A DNA stretch of 64,000 nucleotides from SAR92 clade bacterium (GTDB taxonomy: Bacteria > Pseudomonadota > Gammaproteobacteria > Pseudomonadales > Porticoccaceae), in contig JACNKP010000037.1 of assembly GCA_014381985.1 (NCBI GenBank), forward strand, positions 51,604 to 115,603. The letters are read 5' to 3'. Of the stretch, positions 48,517 through 59,878 are shown one piece after another. The notes beneath the pieces are model-generated. The model did not search any database. It was not told the DNA's origin and saw nothing but the letters and a program-made list of their open reading frames with translations. Numbering within the stretch: the stretch's first letter is position 1; the number at the start of each line of letters is the position of its first letter. The position numbers were made by a program, and so were the translations under genes.

Positions 48517-49077
48517 TTAAACTTCCTCCAACTGTTGGCCTGTCTTTCCTTGAGGCTCGAAAGCGGGAGGCTCAGGCCGAGTGCTTTGGGTGAACGGAGG
48601 GATCACTAGTTGAATACGGTTTTGTCCGCCTAAATCATCACCTTTAGCTTTCCATGTCCCATCCCTCAGATCATAGTTAATGGAATCACCCTTAATAAAT
48701 GTACCATTGCGCGTTAGCGAGGCATTAGTTTTTAAGTTAATGATATCTTCAGCAAGTTGATATTCAATGGTTTCGGCGCGGGCGAACATACTGGATTGAT
48801 CCGTAGCGGATTCCTGAGTATAGCTTGCAGGAAAACCCGTGCAAAAAATTCGACTTACCTTATTGTTTTGATAATAAATAGTGACTTCGTCGGCAGCAAT
48901 AATAATTGAGCCCTGTTTGATAATCACATTCCCTCGATACTTTGTTAGCCCCGACGCTTCAATGAATTCGGCAGAATCGGCATCAATTTCGATGGGCTCT
49001 TTATGATCAGGCGAAATAGCGAGTGATACGCAGCAATGTGCAAATAACAGCGCCGCACAAAGTCGTTTAAATAGCAT
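48517..49077 (-). CDS. lptA: LPS transport periplasmic protein LptA
   Basis: Signal peptide [20 protein letters not shown], then an OstA-like fold ([10 protein letters not shown]..). ATG 49077 is chosen and overlaps the lptC end by 11 nt. Confidence 0.8.
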   Translation of the reverse strand: MLFKRLCAALLFAHCCVSLAISPDHKEPIEIDADSAEFIEASGLTKYRGNVIIKQGSIIIAADEVTIYYQNNKVSRIFCTGFPASYTQESATDQSSMFARAETIEYQLAEDIINLKTNASLTRNGTFIKGDSINYDLRDGTWKAKGDDLGGQNRIQLVIPPFTQSTRPEPPAFEPQGKTGQQLEEV

Positions 49078-49642
49078 CGTGAACTCCATGCACCTTAGAT
49101 TTAATGGTAAATAAGTCTTTATTGAGATCACCCACTAAGCCTTTACCTACGAGGGATGATTGCACAGTTTTGAGGGTAAAGTTGTCTTCTGTTGAGATAA
49201 TCATTTCCGTCGGCTGATATTCTAAGCTGGTTGATGTTAGGGTCTTTTCTTGTTCAGTCCCGGTAATCACCGCCTTTACATTGCCGATCAAAGATAGCCG
49301 GTCTCCAGTGCCAGACAAGGTGCCAAAGTCAGCTAGAAAAGCGACGCCCTTGCCCTTATTATTTGCCCCCTTAGGTAGGGCAATAAATCGAGGTTGAGTC
49401 AATTCAAGCCGAGAGTCGCCTGTGAATAATTGCATTTTTGGTGAGGTAAGTAGAAATAATTGCTCTCCCGTAGCTGAGAATCGTTGGCTGGTAATGGACG
49501 CCATATAGCTGTCCACTTGTCTTTGTTGAACGCGATCGGCGGTATTGTTACGCATAAAGGATTCCGGTGGAGAGTCCCAAACGAGTAAAAACCAGCCAAT
49601 AATTATCAGCAAGGCCGTGCCTATAAATGATTGGCGAATCAT
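49067..49642 (-). CDS. lptC: LPS export protein LptC
   Basis: 191 aa with an N-terminal TM anchor, positioned between kdsC and lptA. Confidence 0.75.
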   Translation of the reverse strand: MIRQSFIGTALLIIIGWFLLVWDSPPESFMRNNTADRVQQRQVDSYMASITSQRFSATGEQLFLLTSPKMQLFTGDSRLELTQPRFIALPKGANNKGKGVAFLADFGTLSGTGDRLSLIGNVKAVITGTEQEKTLTSTSLEYQPTEMIISTEDNFTLKTVQSSLVGKGLVGDLNKDLFTIKSKVHGVHDAI

Positions 49643-50175
49643 TGAAACTGTTCCAGAAGGCGGGCAAGATTGTTTTGGCAGGACAGTAGCATTTCTGCAA
49701 CTTCCCGCACCGCCCCTTCACCACCTTTTTTGGTGGTTTGCCAGTCAGCGGCAGATTTTATCGTAGCACTACCGTTAGCTACAGTGATGCCTACGCCTAC
49801 TTTTTTGATAACCGCAAGATCTGGTAAATCATCTCCCACAAAAGCAATTTCATCTAAACTCAAGTCTGCAGTAAGCAATAGTTCGGTGAGCGCAGTTAGC
49901 TTATCTTCTCTACCCTGTATTACAGGGTTTATCCCTAATTCGGTTGCTCGTCGTTGCAGTAACTCAGATACTCGGCCTGTGATAATGCCGACTTGTATTC
50001 CGCCCTGTTGGAGCAGCTTGATACCTAGGCCATCCTGTATATTAAAGGCCTTCATTTCTTCGCCGCTATTACCATAATAGAGCCGCCCATCGGTGAGAAC
50101 GCCATCTACATCTAATAGTAATAGTTTTATTTTTTTTGCAGCAGAGATTATTGATTCAGTCGGCAGATTAGACAC
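49639..50175 (-). CDS. kdsC: KDO-8-phosphate phosphatase
   Basis: HAD motif LLLLDVDGVLTDG. GTG start overlapping the kdsD stop. Confidence 0.88.
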   Translation of the reverse strand: MSNLPTESIISAAKKIKLLLLDVDGVLTDGRLYYGNSGEEMKAFNIQDGLGIKLLQQGGIQVGIITGRVSELLQRRATELGINPVIQGREDKLTALTELLLTADLSLDEIAFVGDDLPDLAVIKKVGVGITVANGSATIKSAADWQTTKKGGEGAVREVAEMLLSCQNNLARLLEQFQ

Positions 50176-51143
50176 TAGACGACTCCTGCACGAAGAATGT
50201 CATGCAGATGCAGCACCCCTGTAGGGCGACCCTTCTCGTCTTCGACGATAAGTGCGGTTATGGAGCTCGACTCCATAATGGTCAGCGCTTCAACAGCCAA
50301 CATATCTTTGTTGATTGTTTTTGGGTGTGGGGACATTACCGCGGCCATGGTGGTTGTCGTTATATTGACTTTTTGGTCAATTGCGCGACGCAGATCACCG
50401 TCTGTAAAAACGCCTATAAGCGTTTTATCTTTTGAAATAATGGTAGTCATTCCAAACCCTTTTTGAGTCATTTCAATCAGCGCATCTTGTAAAGGCTGAT
50501 CAATCATTACTTTAGGTACGTCCTCATCCTTGTGCATAATGTCACAGACTCGCAACAATAGTTTTCTCCCCAATGCGCCGCCGGGGTGAGAAAACGCAAA
50601 ATCTTCCGCACTAAATCCTCTGGCTTCCAGTAGAGCTATTGCCAAGGCATCACCCATAACTAAGGTAACTGTAGTGCTCGTTGTTGGTGCCAGATTTAGG
50701 GGGCACGCCTCACTAGTGACAGAAACGTCAAGGTGCGCGCAGGCCGCTTGGGATAGTTGAGAGTTAATGTCCCCAGTCATACTAATTAGCGGGATGCCTA
50801 GACGAATAATTAACGGCAGTAAGCTAGTGATTTCACTGGTGCTGCCAGAGTTTGAAATAGCAATCACGACATCGGCTTTGGTGATCATGCCTAGGTCACC
50901 ATGGCTGGCTTCTCCAGGATGAACAAAAAACGCAGGCGTGCCGGTACTTGCGAGAGTCGAAGCAATTTTATTGCCAATATGGCCTGACTTGCCCATGCCA
51001 GTTACGACCACTCTACCTTGGCAAGCCAAAATAGTTTCACAGGCAAGCACAAAATTTTGATTGATCCGTGGAGTTAATTGACTAACCGCTTTAGCTTCCA
51101 GCTCAACAGTGCGAAGGCCTGAGGTAATAAAATCTGTCATCAA
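50175..51143 (-). CDS. kdsD: Arabinose-5-phosphate isomerase
   Basis: SIS domain (VVVTGMGKSGHIG) plus a tandem CBS pair. 322 aa. Confidence 0.92.
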   Translation of the reverse strand: MMTDFITSGLRTVELEAKAVSQLTPRINQNFVLACETILACQGRVVVTGMGKSGHIGNKIASTLASTGTPAFFVHPGEASHGDLGMITKADVVIAISNSGSTSEITSLLPLIIRLGIPLISMTGDINSQLSQAACAHLDVSVTSEACPLNLAPTTSTTVTLVMGDALAIALLEARGFSAEDFAFSHPGGALGRKLLLRVCDIMHKDEDVPKVMIDQPLQDALIEMTQKGFGMTTIISKDKTLIGVFTDGDLRRAIDQKVNITTTTMAAVMSPHPKTINKDMLAVEALTIMESSSITALIVEDEKGRPTGVLHLHDILRAGVV

Positions 51144-51216
51144 AGAGTCCGATAGTTATCGTTTTATTAATCTATGTTACGTCATTATAGGCCGAAACAG
51201 CTTCCTCAAGTAAGCA

Positions 51217-52209
51217 TTAGCTAACGGTCAGTGATGACCATAACACCACATAGTAGAGGGCATAGCTGGTTAATAGAATAACACCAACAAATTTGGATAG
51301 GCGCGCAACGCTTTCTACATGACGATTTTTTCGCACTGTCCAACCGACCAAACCAATCATTAACAGCGTCATCACTAGCAATGACAAATAGTCACGGCTA
51401 AATACATCACTGGGAAGTGCTATTGGTGCGATAGCTCCAGCAGTTGTCATGACAAGTAGAAGATTAAAAAGATTTGAGCCGAATATATTACCTACGGCGA
51501 TATCATGATGACCCTTTGTTACGCTTACTATTGAGGCTGCCAGCTCTGGAAGACTAGTGCCGATGGCCACTATTGTTAAACCTACAATTAGATCGCTAAT
51601 GCCGAAAAAATGGGCAATGGAAGTTGCGCTCCAAACAGTTACTTCCGCACTTAACAGTAGGATTGCCAACCCTATCAACAGCCATAAGCCAGATGTTTTC
51701 ATTGAGGCATCAGTTGTAACGCTAACATCATCTGCCACTTCCGGGCTTGGGTGGTTCTTTTTGTACTTCACCATAATGGCTATTACAGGTATCACCATTA
51801 AACCAAGGGCAATGCTTTCTCCGCGATTTAGCTGCCCGTCATAGAGGCATAGTCCCGCTAAGACGGTAATTAATAGCAACACGGGGCTTTCTTCTTTGAG
51901 CAGGCGAGTTTGCACAGGAAGTGGTGCAACTAGTGTGGTGATACCCAATACAAGACCCATATTAGCAAGGTTAGAGCCTAAGGCATTACCTACAGCAAGA
52001 CCACCGACATCACTAAGGGCAGCGTTAATAGAAACGATAATTTCTGGCGCTGAAGTCCCAATAGAGACCACGGTTAAGCCGATGATCATGGAGGAAATAC
52101 CAAAATTACGGGCCACCCCGACACTGCCCGTAACGAATTTGTCAGCACCCCAAACTAAGCCTAAGAGGCCAGCTAAAAGTGCAATTATCGGGAGGTAGAT
52201 GGTTGACAT
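51217..52209 (-). CDS. yrbG: Ca2+/Na+ antiporter family protein (YrbG-like)
   Basis: Two alpha-repeats (GTSAPE and GTSLPELA). ATG 52209 has the SD GGAG (the track start is 52233). Confidence 0.85.
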   Translation of the reverse strand: MSTIYLPIIALLAGLLGLVWGADKFVTGSVGVARNFGISSMIIGLTVVSIGTSAPEIIVSINAALSDVGGLAVGNALGSNLANMGLVLGITTLVAPLPVQTRLLKEESPVLLLITVLAGLCLYDGQLNRGESIALGLMVIPVIAIMVKYKKNHPSPEVADDVSVTTDASMKTSGLWLLIGLAILLLSAEVTVWSATSIAHFFGISDLIVGLTIVAIGTSLPELAASIVSVTKGHHDIAVGNIFGSNLFNLLLVMTTAGAIAPIALPSDVFSRDYLSLLVMTLLMIGLVGWTVRKNRHVESVARLSKFVGVILLTSYALYYVVLWSSLTVS

Positions 52210-52351
52210 GGAGTCTCCAAAGGGTGCATGCATTGTGTTTATTCAACAGTTGGAGAATGGTATAGTGCGCGACTGTAAAAGTCAGTAACGATTAATAAGA
52301 ATATTTTTTCATTAAATTTATAAAGGAAGAACCTAGTAAAGGATTATTAAG

Positions 52352-53008
52352 ATGGGCAGCATTATGACAAAATTTAGAAAAATTATAGGCAGTTTGTGGC
52401 TGTGCTTGAGCATTTTAGGTGCGAGCCATGCTGTAAGTGCTGAGAGTATGCAGCAAAGCGCAAAGCTGGAGCAAAACCCTTTTGACAATATCGAACAGAT
52501 GACTACGGAAGTCATAGGTATTATTGCTCAATACAAGGATCAATACCCTAGCAATGAGGCTGCTTATTTTAATGCTTTAGATAGATTAATGGGAAAGTAT
52601 GTCGATTTTAATCGGATTGCTGGCAGAGTCATGGGTGATTACCGTAAAGCGTCCTCTGCAGAGCAGCGTGGTCGGTTTATAGCATTATTCCGCGAAGGCT
52701 TGGTGGAGACTTATGGTCGAGGACTCATGAGTTATGGAGACGAAAAAATTGTTCTGGTTAACCGAAAGGCTTTAAAGCCTAAAGTCAGGGTGATTAAGGT
52801 TAGACAGCAAATTCGCAGTGCAACGGCGGTTTATCCGTTGGAGTATTGGGTGGCTCGCAAAAAGACAGGCGAGTGGAGGGTGATCAATGTGGTTTTAAAT
52901 GGCATTAATTTGGAATCAATTTTTAAAAGTCAATTTAAAAAGGCGGCGCAAAGGTCATCTGGTAAGCTCGATGAGGTTGTCGATAACTGGCTGAAGAGTG
53001 CTGATTAA
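52352..53008 (+). CDS. mlaC: MlaC/Ttg2D-family periplasmic phospholipid-binding protein
   Basis: Signal peptide. VDFNRIAGRVMGDYRKASSAEQRGRFIALFREGLVETYGRGLMSY aligns with E. coli MlaC [45 protein letters not shown]. Confidence 0.8.
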   Translation: MGSIMTKFRKIIGSLWLCLSILGASHAVSAESMQQSAKLEQNPFDNIEQMTTEVIGIIAQYKDQYPSNEAAYFNALDRLMGKYVDFNRIAGRVMGDYRKASSAEQRGRFIALFREGLVETYGRGLMSYGDEKIVLVNRKALKPKVRVIKVRQQIRSATAVYPLEYWVARKKTGEWRVINVVLNGINLESIFKSQFKKAAQRSSGKLDEVVDNWLKSAD

Positions 53009-53052
53009 AGTAGTGTCCTTAGGCGCTGCATGTGTTTTATGTGAGTAAAAAA

Positions 53053-53295
53053 ATGAATTCTGAAGATGTTACAACGCTATTAGAAAAGACGCTCGCTGGC
53101 TGTCAAATTGAAGTGGATAGCCAAGGCAGTCATTTCAATGTTCTAGTAGTGGGTGATTTATTTAAAGGCAAGCGTGCGGTTCAGCGACAGCAGTTAATTT
53201 ACGCTGTTTTAAATGAGTCTATTTCCTCTGGCGCGATTCACGCGGTCAATATGAAACTGTTCACTCCCCAAGAATGGTTGCATCGAACCCAATAG
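53053..53295 (+). CDS. ibaG: BolA-family protein IbaG/YrbA
   Basis: GSHFNVLVVGDLFKGKRAVQRQQLIYAVL..IHAVNMKLFTPQEW aligns with E. coli IbaG. ATG 53053 is chosen (the track start is 53032). Confidence 0.8.
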   Translation: MNSEDVTTLLEKTLAGCQIEVDSQGSHFNVLVVGDLFKGKRAVQRQQLIYAVLNESISSGAIHAVNMKLFTPQEWLHRTQ

Positions 53296-53351
53296 AAGCA
53301 GGGTGTGATGTAGGCGTTTTCTTTTGGTGTAGTGTGAGTTCTCTATTTTAA

Positions 53352-54623
<1,272 letters not shown>

Positions 54624-54664
54624 ATGAAAATCGATAAAACTCATTATTTGGCTGAAGAATCATC

Positions 54665-55294
54665 ATGACACAGGTCACATTGGCGTTGACTAAAGGGCGC
54701 CTTTTAAAGGAAACACTTCCCTTGCTAGCGGCGGCGGGGATTATTCCAGCGGAAGATGTTTTTTCTAGTCGAAAATTAGTCTTTCAGACAAATCGTCAAG
54801 GCGTAAGATTATTAATCTTGCGCGGTTCAGATGTACCCACTTATATTCAGTTTGGGGCGGCAGATATTGGGGTCGCTGGGAAAGATATGCTTTTAGAGCA
54901 TCAGGGTGACGGTTATTACGAGCCCTTAGACCTTGGGATTGCTCGTTGTAAAATTATGACTGCGGTTACGAAAGGCGCATCTGAGCAAAAGGGTCGACTA
55001 AGAGTCGCAACTAAATATATCAATGTGGCTCGCCAATTTTATGCAGAGCAGGGTAGGCAAGCAGATCTTATTAAGCTTTATGGTGCTATGGAGCTCGCGC
55101 CTATTCTAGATTTAGCCCATGAAATCGTAGATATAGTCGACACTGGTAACACACTGAAAGCTAATGGTTTAGAAGCTCGAGACGAGATAGCTGATATTAG
55201 CGCTCGATTGATTGTGAATAAGGCCGCTATGAAAACCAAGTTTTCTGAGATTCAGGCTATTGTAGATGCCCTTGCAGAGGTCGTTGAAAAATGA
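54665..55294 (+). CDS. hisG: ATP phosphoribosyltransferase, short form
   Basis: 209 aa (short HisG). LALTKGRL and [14 protein letters not shown] motifs. Confidence 0.92.
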   Translation: MTQVTLALTKGRLLKETLPLLAAAGIIPAEDVFSSRKLVFQTNRQGVRLLILRGSDVPTYIQFGAADIGVAGKDMLLEHQGDGYYEPLDLGIARCKIMTAVTKGASEQKGRLRVATKYINVARQFYAEQGRQADLIKLYGAMELAPILDLAHEIVDIVDTGNTLKANGLEARDEIADISARLIVNKAAMKTKFSEIQAIVDALAEVVEK

Positions 55295-56610
55295 CTGCAC
55301 CGCAAGCGTTTTGTCAGATTGCCAAGTTAAATGCAAATGACGACGGATTTTTATCTGCTCTGCAGGCTCTCACGTCGTGGGATGAGGCGAGAAATAGCGG
55401 TATTGAAAATATTGTCGCTGACATAGTGAACGATGTTCGTATTAATGGCGATAAAGCACTCATAGAGTACACCAACCGCTTTGATCGTCGTGAATGCAAG
55501 GGCGTGAATGAGTTGTGTGTGGCTTCAGATGAGCTCCAGAAAGCCTTAGTTTCAATCGACAGCAAGACTCGCCTTGCCTTGGAGCAGGCCGCGCAACGGA
55601 TCAAAGATTACCATGCTCACCAGTTGCAGGAGTCATGGCAATACCAAGAGCAAAACGGGACTATGCTTGGTCAGCAGATAACGCCTTTGGAACGTGTTGG
55701 TATCTATGTGCCTGGCGGCAAAGCTAGCTATCCATCATCGGTACTAATGAACGCCATTCCGGCCCGGATTGCCGGAGTTGAAGAGATAATCATGATGGTT
55801 CCAGCTCCTGATGGAGAGCTTAGTCCAATTGTGTTAGCGGCAGCAGCGATTGCTGGTGTTGATCGGGTTTATACGGTTGGTGGGGCTCAAGCAATAGCGG
55901 CTTTAGCTTATGGTACGGAAACGGTCTCAAAGGTTGATAAAATTGTAGGGCCAGGTAATAGCTATGTGGCGGCCGCTAAGCGTTTTGTTTTTGGGGCAGT
56001 GGGACTAGACATGATCGCAGGGCCCAGTGAAATATTAGTTATCTGTGATGGCGAGACTGACCCTGACTGGATTGCGATGGATCTATTTTCTCAGGCCGAA
56101 CATGATGAAGAGGCACAGTCAATCCTCATCGCCTGGGACTCAGGCTTTATCGATGCGGTGCATGCGAGTATGAGCAAATTATTACCGACTATGGAGCGCA
56201 GAGACATTATAGCTAAATCTTTGGCAAGTCGAGGGGCGTTGATCCAAGTTGCTGATGCGAAACAGGCAGTGGAAATATCCAATCATATTGCACCAGAGCA
56301 TCTAGAGTTGTCGGTAGAAGACCCAAAATCTTGGTTGTCAGATATCCGCAACGCGGGCGCTATTTTTATGGGCCGCTATACTGCGGAGGCCTTGGGAGAT
56401 TATTGTGCCGGACCAAATCATGTGCTTCCTACTTCAGCGACATCTCGTTTTTCTTCGCCATTAGGGGTGTATGATTTCCAGAAACGTAGCTCGCTCATTT
56501 ATTGTTCTAAACAGGGCGCGTCTGAACTGGGAAAGATCGCCTCCACGTTAGCACGCGGTGAATCATTGAGTGCCCATGCCCAATCGGCAGAATATCGTAT
56601 TAAAGATTGA
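55291..56610 (+). CDS. hisD: Histidinol dehydrogenase
   Basis: 439 aa with SQAEHDE and IAPEHLEL motifs. It overlaps hisG by 4 nt. Confidence 0.95.
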   Translation: MTAPQAFCQIAKLNANDDGFLSALQALTSWDEARNSGIENIVADIVNDVRINGDKALIEYTNRFDRRECKGVNELCVASDELQKALVSIDSKTRLALEQAAQRIKDYHAHQLQESWQYQEQNGTMLGQQITPLERVGIYVPGGKASYPSSVLMNAIPARIAGVEEIIMMVPAPDGELSPIVLAAAAIAGVDRVYTVGGAQAIAALAYGTETVSKVDKIVGPGNSYVAAAKRFVFGAVGLDMIAGPSEILVICDGETDPDWIAMDLFSQAEHDEEAQSILIAWDSGFIDAVHASMSKLLPTMERRDIIAKSLASRGALIQVADAKQAVEISNHIAPEHLELSVEDPKSWLSDIRNAGAIFMGRYTAEALGDYCAGPNHVLPTSATSRFSSPLGVYDFQKRSSLIYCSKQGASELGKIASTLARGESLSAHAQSAEYRIKD

Positions 56611-56643
56611 CCTTTTAGTTTAGCGTCATAGAGAGACCAGCTA

Positions 56644-57705
56644 ATGAGTAAGTATTGGAGTGACCTTGTAAGCCAGCTTAAGCCCTATATCCCTGGGGAG
56701 CAGCCGGATATCGCCAACATCACTAAATTAAACACTAATGAGAACCCTTACGGTCCTTCGCCGCAGGTAGCCTCAGCAATTCAAAAGCTTTTAAATGAAG
56801 ATTTGCGTCTCTACCCGCCACCCAATGCGGACGGATTAAGGCAGGTTATTGCCAATTACTATCAACTCGATCCAAAGCAGGTCTTTCTTGGTAATGGTTC
56901 AGACGAAGTTTTGGCTCATATCTTTAACGGATTACTGCAAAAGTCAGAGCCTCTATTATTTCCTGATATCAGTTATAGCTTTTATCCCGTTTTTTGTCAG
57001 CTGTATGGCATATCCTTTGAACAGATTCCTCTAGCTAAAGATTTATCCTTAGCAGTTGAAGATTACAATCGACCAAATGGCGGGATTATTTTCCCTAACC
57101 CTAATGCACCAACGGGTCGATTACTCGGATTGGATGCGATTGAAGAGCTATTAAAAGACAACCCTGATTCGGTTGTCGTGGTAGATGAAGCTTATATAGA
57201 TTTTGGTGGTGAGACAGCAGTGCCATTAATCGAGTTGTACGCCAATCTTCTCATTGTTCAAACTATGTCTAAATCTCGCTCTCTAGCTGGTATGCGCATT
57301 GGTTATGCCATGGGTTCTGTCGATCTAATAGAGGGCTTAGAGCGCATTAAAAATAGCTTTAATTCATATCCACTGGGGCATCTGCCTATCGCTGCTGGCA
57401 TTGCAGCCTTTAAGGACCAAGAATATTTTGAGGCCACCTGTCAGCGTGTCATTGATAGTAGGGATAGGCTGACAAATAACTTACATAATCTTGGGTTTAA
57501 AGTTGTGCCATCAGCGGGTAATTTTATTTTTGTTCGCCACGTTAAGAGAGCAGCAGAAGAGCTTGCGTTAAGTTTGCGACAGAATGGCATCATTGTTAGG
57601 CACTTCAAACAGTCTCGTATTGAGCAGTTTTTACGCATTACCATCGGCACTGAAAAGCAAAATGAGCGCTTAGTTAGCGTCTTAACCTCCCTGCTAGAGG
57701 GCTAG
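56644..57705 (+). CDS. hisC: Histidinol-phosphate aminotransferase
   Basis: [12 protein letters not shown] and the PLP-lysine context [15 protein letters not shown]. Confidence 0.92.
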   Translation: MSKYWSDLVSQLKPYIPGEQPDIANITKLNTNENPYGPSPQVASAIQKLLNEDLRLYPPPNADGLRQVIANYYQLDPKQVFLGNGSDEVLAHIFNGLLQKSEPLLFPDISYSFYPVFCQLYGISFEQIPLAKDLSLAVEDYNRPNGGIIFPNPNAPTGRLLGLDAIEELLKDNPDSVVVVDEAYIDFGGETAVPLIELYANLLIVQTMSKSRSLAGMRIGYAMGSVDLIEGLERIKNSFNSYPLGHLPIAAGIAAFKDQEYFEATCQRVIDSRDRLTNNLHNLGFKVVPSAGNFIFVRHVKRAAEELALSLRQNGIIVRHFKQSRIEQFLRITIGTEKQNERLVSVLTSLLEG

Positions 57706-57711
57706 GATTAA

Positions 57712-58812
57712 TTAGTGTAAAGGGCGGTTGCCTGCGATCACAGTGAACTCAATGACCGTGTCTTGGCGAATAATGCTCAGTTTGACAGGTTGCCCTGGGG
57801 TGACATTGGTTATTTGGTTGATGCTGGTATGTGGGTCAATGACAGGTAAACCATCAATTTTAAAAATAATATCCCCCGGCTTTAGGCCAGCTTTTTCTGT
57901 TGGGCCACCTGATGCTACCGAGCTCACTCTAAAGATCTTGGTGGCCCCCAGTTCATTTGAAACTTCGGGTGATACTAGCCCAAGGTCAGCGCTAATACCG
58001 AGCCAGCCACGCACAACGTGCCCATATTGGGCGATGTCAGTTAGGACTTTTGCAGCAGCATCGGCAGGGATCGCAAAGCTTATACCTGTTGAACCTACAT
58101 TGTTGAGCGTGGCGGTATTAATACCGAGCAAATTTCCATAGGCATCGATAAGTGCGCCGCCGGAGCTACCAGAATTAATGGCCGCATCTGTTTGAATAAA
58201 GTTTTCAAAAATATTTAAGCGCAGGCCATTACGACCTTTGGCGCTAATAATCCCCTGAGTGACCGACTGGCCGATCCCAGATGGGTTTCCAATGGCTAGG
58301 ACAATATCGCCAACTCTTGCTTGAGAAGGTTCTCCCAGAGCGATTGGACTTAAATTATCGGCCTCGATTTTTAAAACTGCTAGGTCTATCTCGGGATCAG
58401 TACCCACAACAGTTGCCGGCACCTCGCGTCCGTCATAGAGAAGCACCAATATCTTTACGGCACCTTCGATAACGTGATGGTTGGTTAATAGCAAGCCATC
58501 CGATTGCATGATGACCCCAGACCCGAGCGATATCCTGTTGGAGGCGTCACTTCTTGATCGGGCTGCTTGAAGAGTATAAATATTAACCACAGACGGAGCG
58601 GCTCGAGAGACTGCGTTTGCGTAGGAAACAGGACCGATCCAATCCGCACCAAGGTTTGATTGACTAAGTGTCATCAAGTCAGTGACGTCATCATCCGTTT
58701 GTGGTCGAAATTGAGGGAAAGCTAAAACAAGAATAGCGGCCACAAGCAAGCCAAGTAACACTGGCTTAGCGATGTATTCGATGAAAAGCGTTTTGTTTTT
58801 GGTGTCCTTCAC
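57712..58812 (-). CDS. DegS/AlgW-type periplasmic serine endoprotease with one PDZ domain
   Basis: N-terminal TM anchor, catalytic TNHHV and NSGSSGGAL, and a single C-terminal PDZ domain. It sits next to hisC, as algW does in Pseudomonas. Confidence 0.85.
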   Translation of the reverse strand: MKDTKNKTLFIEYIAKPVLLGLLVAAILVLAFPQFRPQTDDDVTDLMTLSQSNLGADWIGPVSYANAVSRAAPSVVNIYTLQAARSRSDASNRISLGSGVIMQSDGLLLTNHHVIEGAVKILVLLYDGREVPATVVGTDPEIDLAVLKIEADNLSPIALGEPSQARVGDIVLAIGNPSGIGQSVTQGIISAKGRNGLRLNIFENFIQTDAAINSGSSGGALIDAYGNLLGINTATLNNVGSTGISFAIPADAAAKVLTDIAQYGHVVRGWLGISADLGLVSPEVSNELGATKIFRVSSVASGGPTEKAGLKPGDIIFKIDGLPVIDPHTSINQITNVTPGQPVKLSIIRQDTVIEFTVIAGNRPLH

Positions 58813-58890
58813 GCATACCTCTTAGCTAATTCGCTAATTATGTCACAACCATGCACCAGAGAAAGATCCTTTTTACCGAAAACATCCAAC

Positions 58891-59196
58891 CTACTGACGG
58901 AGTAAATTGGATAATTTTGGATTTGGTTTTTTTGATTTTTTGTAGATAAGTAAGATATGCCCGATAGATTGCACTAACTGAGCGCTATAAGACGTACAGA
59001 TTTCATCGCACAGTAACTTTTTAGCGGCTCGGTCACCCACAGATAGTTTGATCTTGATCAGTTCGTGATCATTTAGAGCGCGATCAATCTCGGCACCGAC
59101 ATTTTCTGTTAGTCCTTTACTCGCGATGGTCACTATTGGTTTAAGATTGTGACCTAAGCGACGTAAATGTTTTTTTTCTGCAGCGGAACTTGTCAT
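58891..59196 (-). CDS. yhbY: CRM-domain RNA-binding protein YhbY
   Basis: LRRLGHNLKPIVTIASKGLTENV..ELIKIKL is typical of YhbY. ATG 59196 is chosen because the longer track ORF would overlap the rlmE start. Confidence 0.8.
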   Translation of the reverse strand: MTSSAAEKKHLRRLGHNLKPIVTIASKGLTENVGAEIDRALNDHELIKIKLSVGDRAAKKLLCDEICTSYSAQLVQSIGHILLIYKKSKKPNPKLSNLLRQ

Positions 59197-59247
59197 AATA
59201 TAATGCTCAATTTTTAAGGTCGCTATTTTAGCGGAGATTAGGCCATC

Positions 59248-59868
59248 GTGAAATCTAAAAATCGTAGTTGGATAAAACAACATGTTAACGACCCTTATGT
59301 GAAGCAATCTCAGCGTGATGGTTATCGGTCTCGCGCTAGTTATAAATTGCTTGAGATCGTTGAGAAAGATCGTCTAATCCGATCCGGCATGACCGTCGTA
59401 GATCTAGGTTCTGCTCCGGGGGGCTGGTCTCAGGTGGCGTCTCGGTTAGTCGGCCACGACGGTAGGGTACATGCTCTGGATATACTGCCGATGGACCCGA
59501 TTGCTGGCGTGGACTTTATTCAGGGTGATTTTACCGAGGATGCGATTTTTACTCAGCTCATAGATTTAATCGGAAACCGAGCGGTAGACCTTGTAATTTC
59601 GGATATAGCCCCCAATTTAAGTGGTAACAAAGCAGTTGACCAGCCGGCGATGATTTATCTGGCTGAATTAGGCGTAGATCTGGCTAATCGCGTTTTATCG
59701 AAAAATGGTGTGTTTATCGCCAAGCTTTTCCAAGGACAAGGATTTGATCCATTTGTGCAACAAGTTAGAACATTGTTTAATGGAGTGTCTATTATCAAAC
59801 CAGATGCTTCGAGATCTCGATCTAGGGAAGTATATCTGGTCGCCAAAGGCTTAAAAGCTAAAACATGA
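59248..59868 (+). CDS. rlmE: 23S rRNA (U2552-2'-O)-methyltransferase
   Basis: [20 protein letters not shown] aligns with E. coli RlmE/FtsJ. GTG start. Confidence 0.92.
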   Translation: MKSKNRSWIKQHVNDPYVKQSQRDGYRSRASYKLLEIVEKDRLIRSGMTVVDLGSAPGGWSQVASRLVGHDGRVHALDILPMDPIAGVDFIQGDFTEDAIFTQLIDLIGNRAVDLVISDIAPNLSGNKAVDQPAMIYLAELGVDLANRVLSKNGVFIAKLFQGQGFDPFVQQVRTLFNGVSIIKPDASRSRSREVYLVAKGLKAKT

Positions 59869-59878
59869 GGAACAGAAC

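Noticed and set aside
54665-55294. Short-form HisG without an adjacent hisZ.
   Set aside because: The short HisG requires HisZ, but hisZ is normally encoded elsewhere in genomes with the murA-hisGDC arrangement. This is not anomalous.
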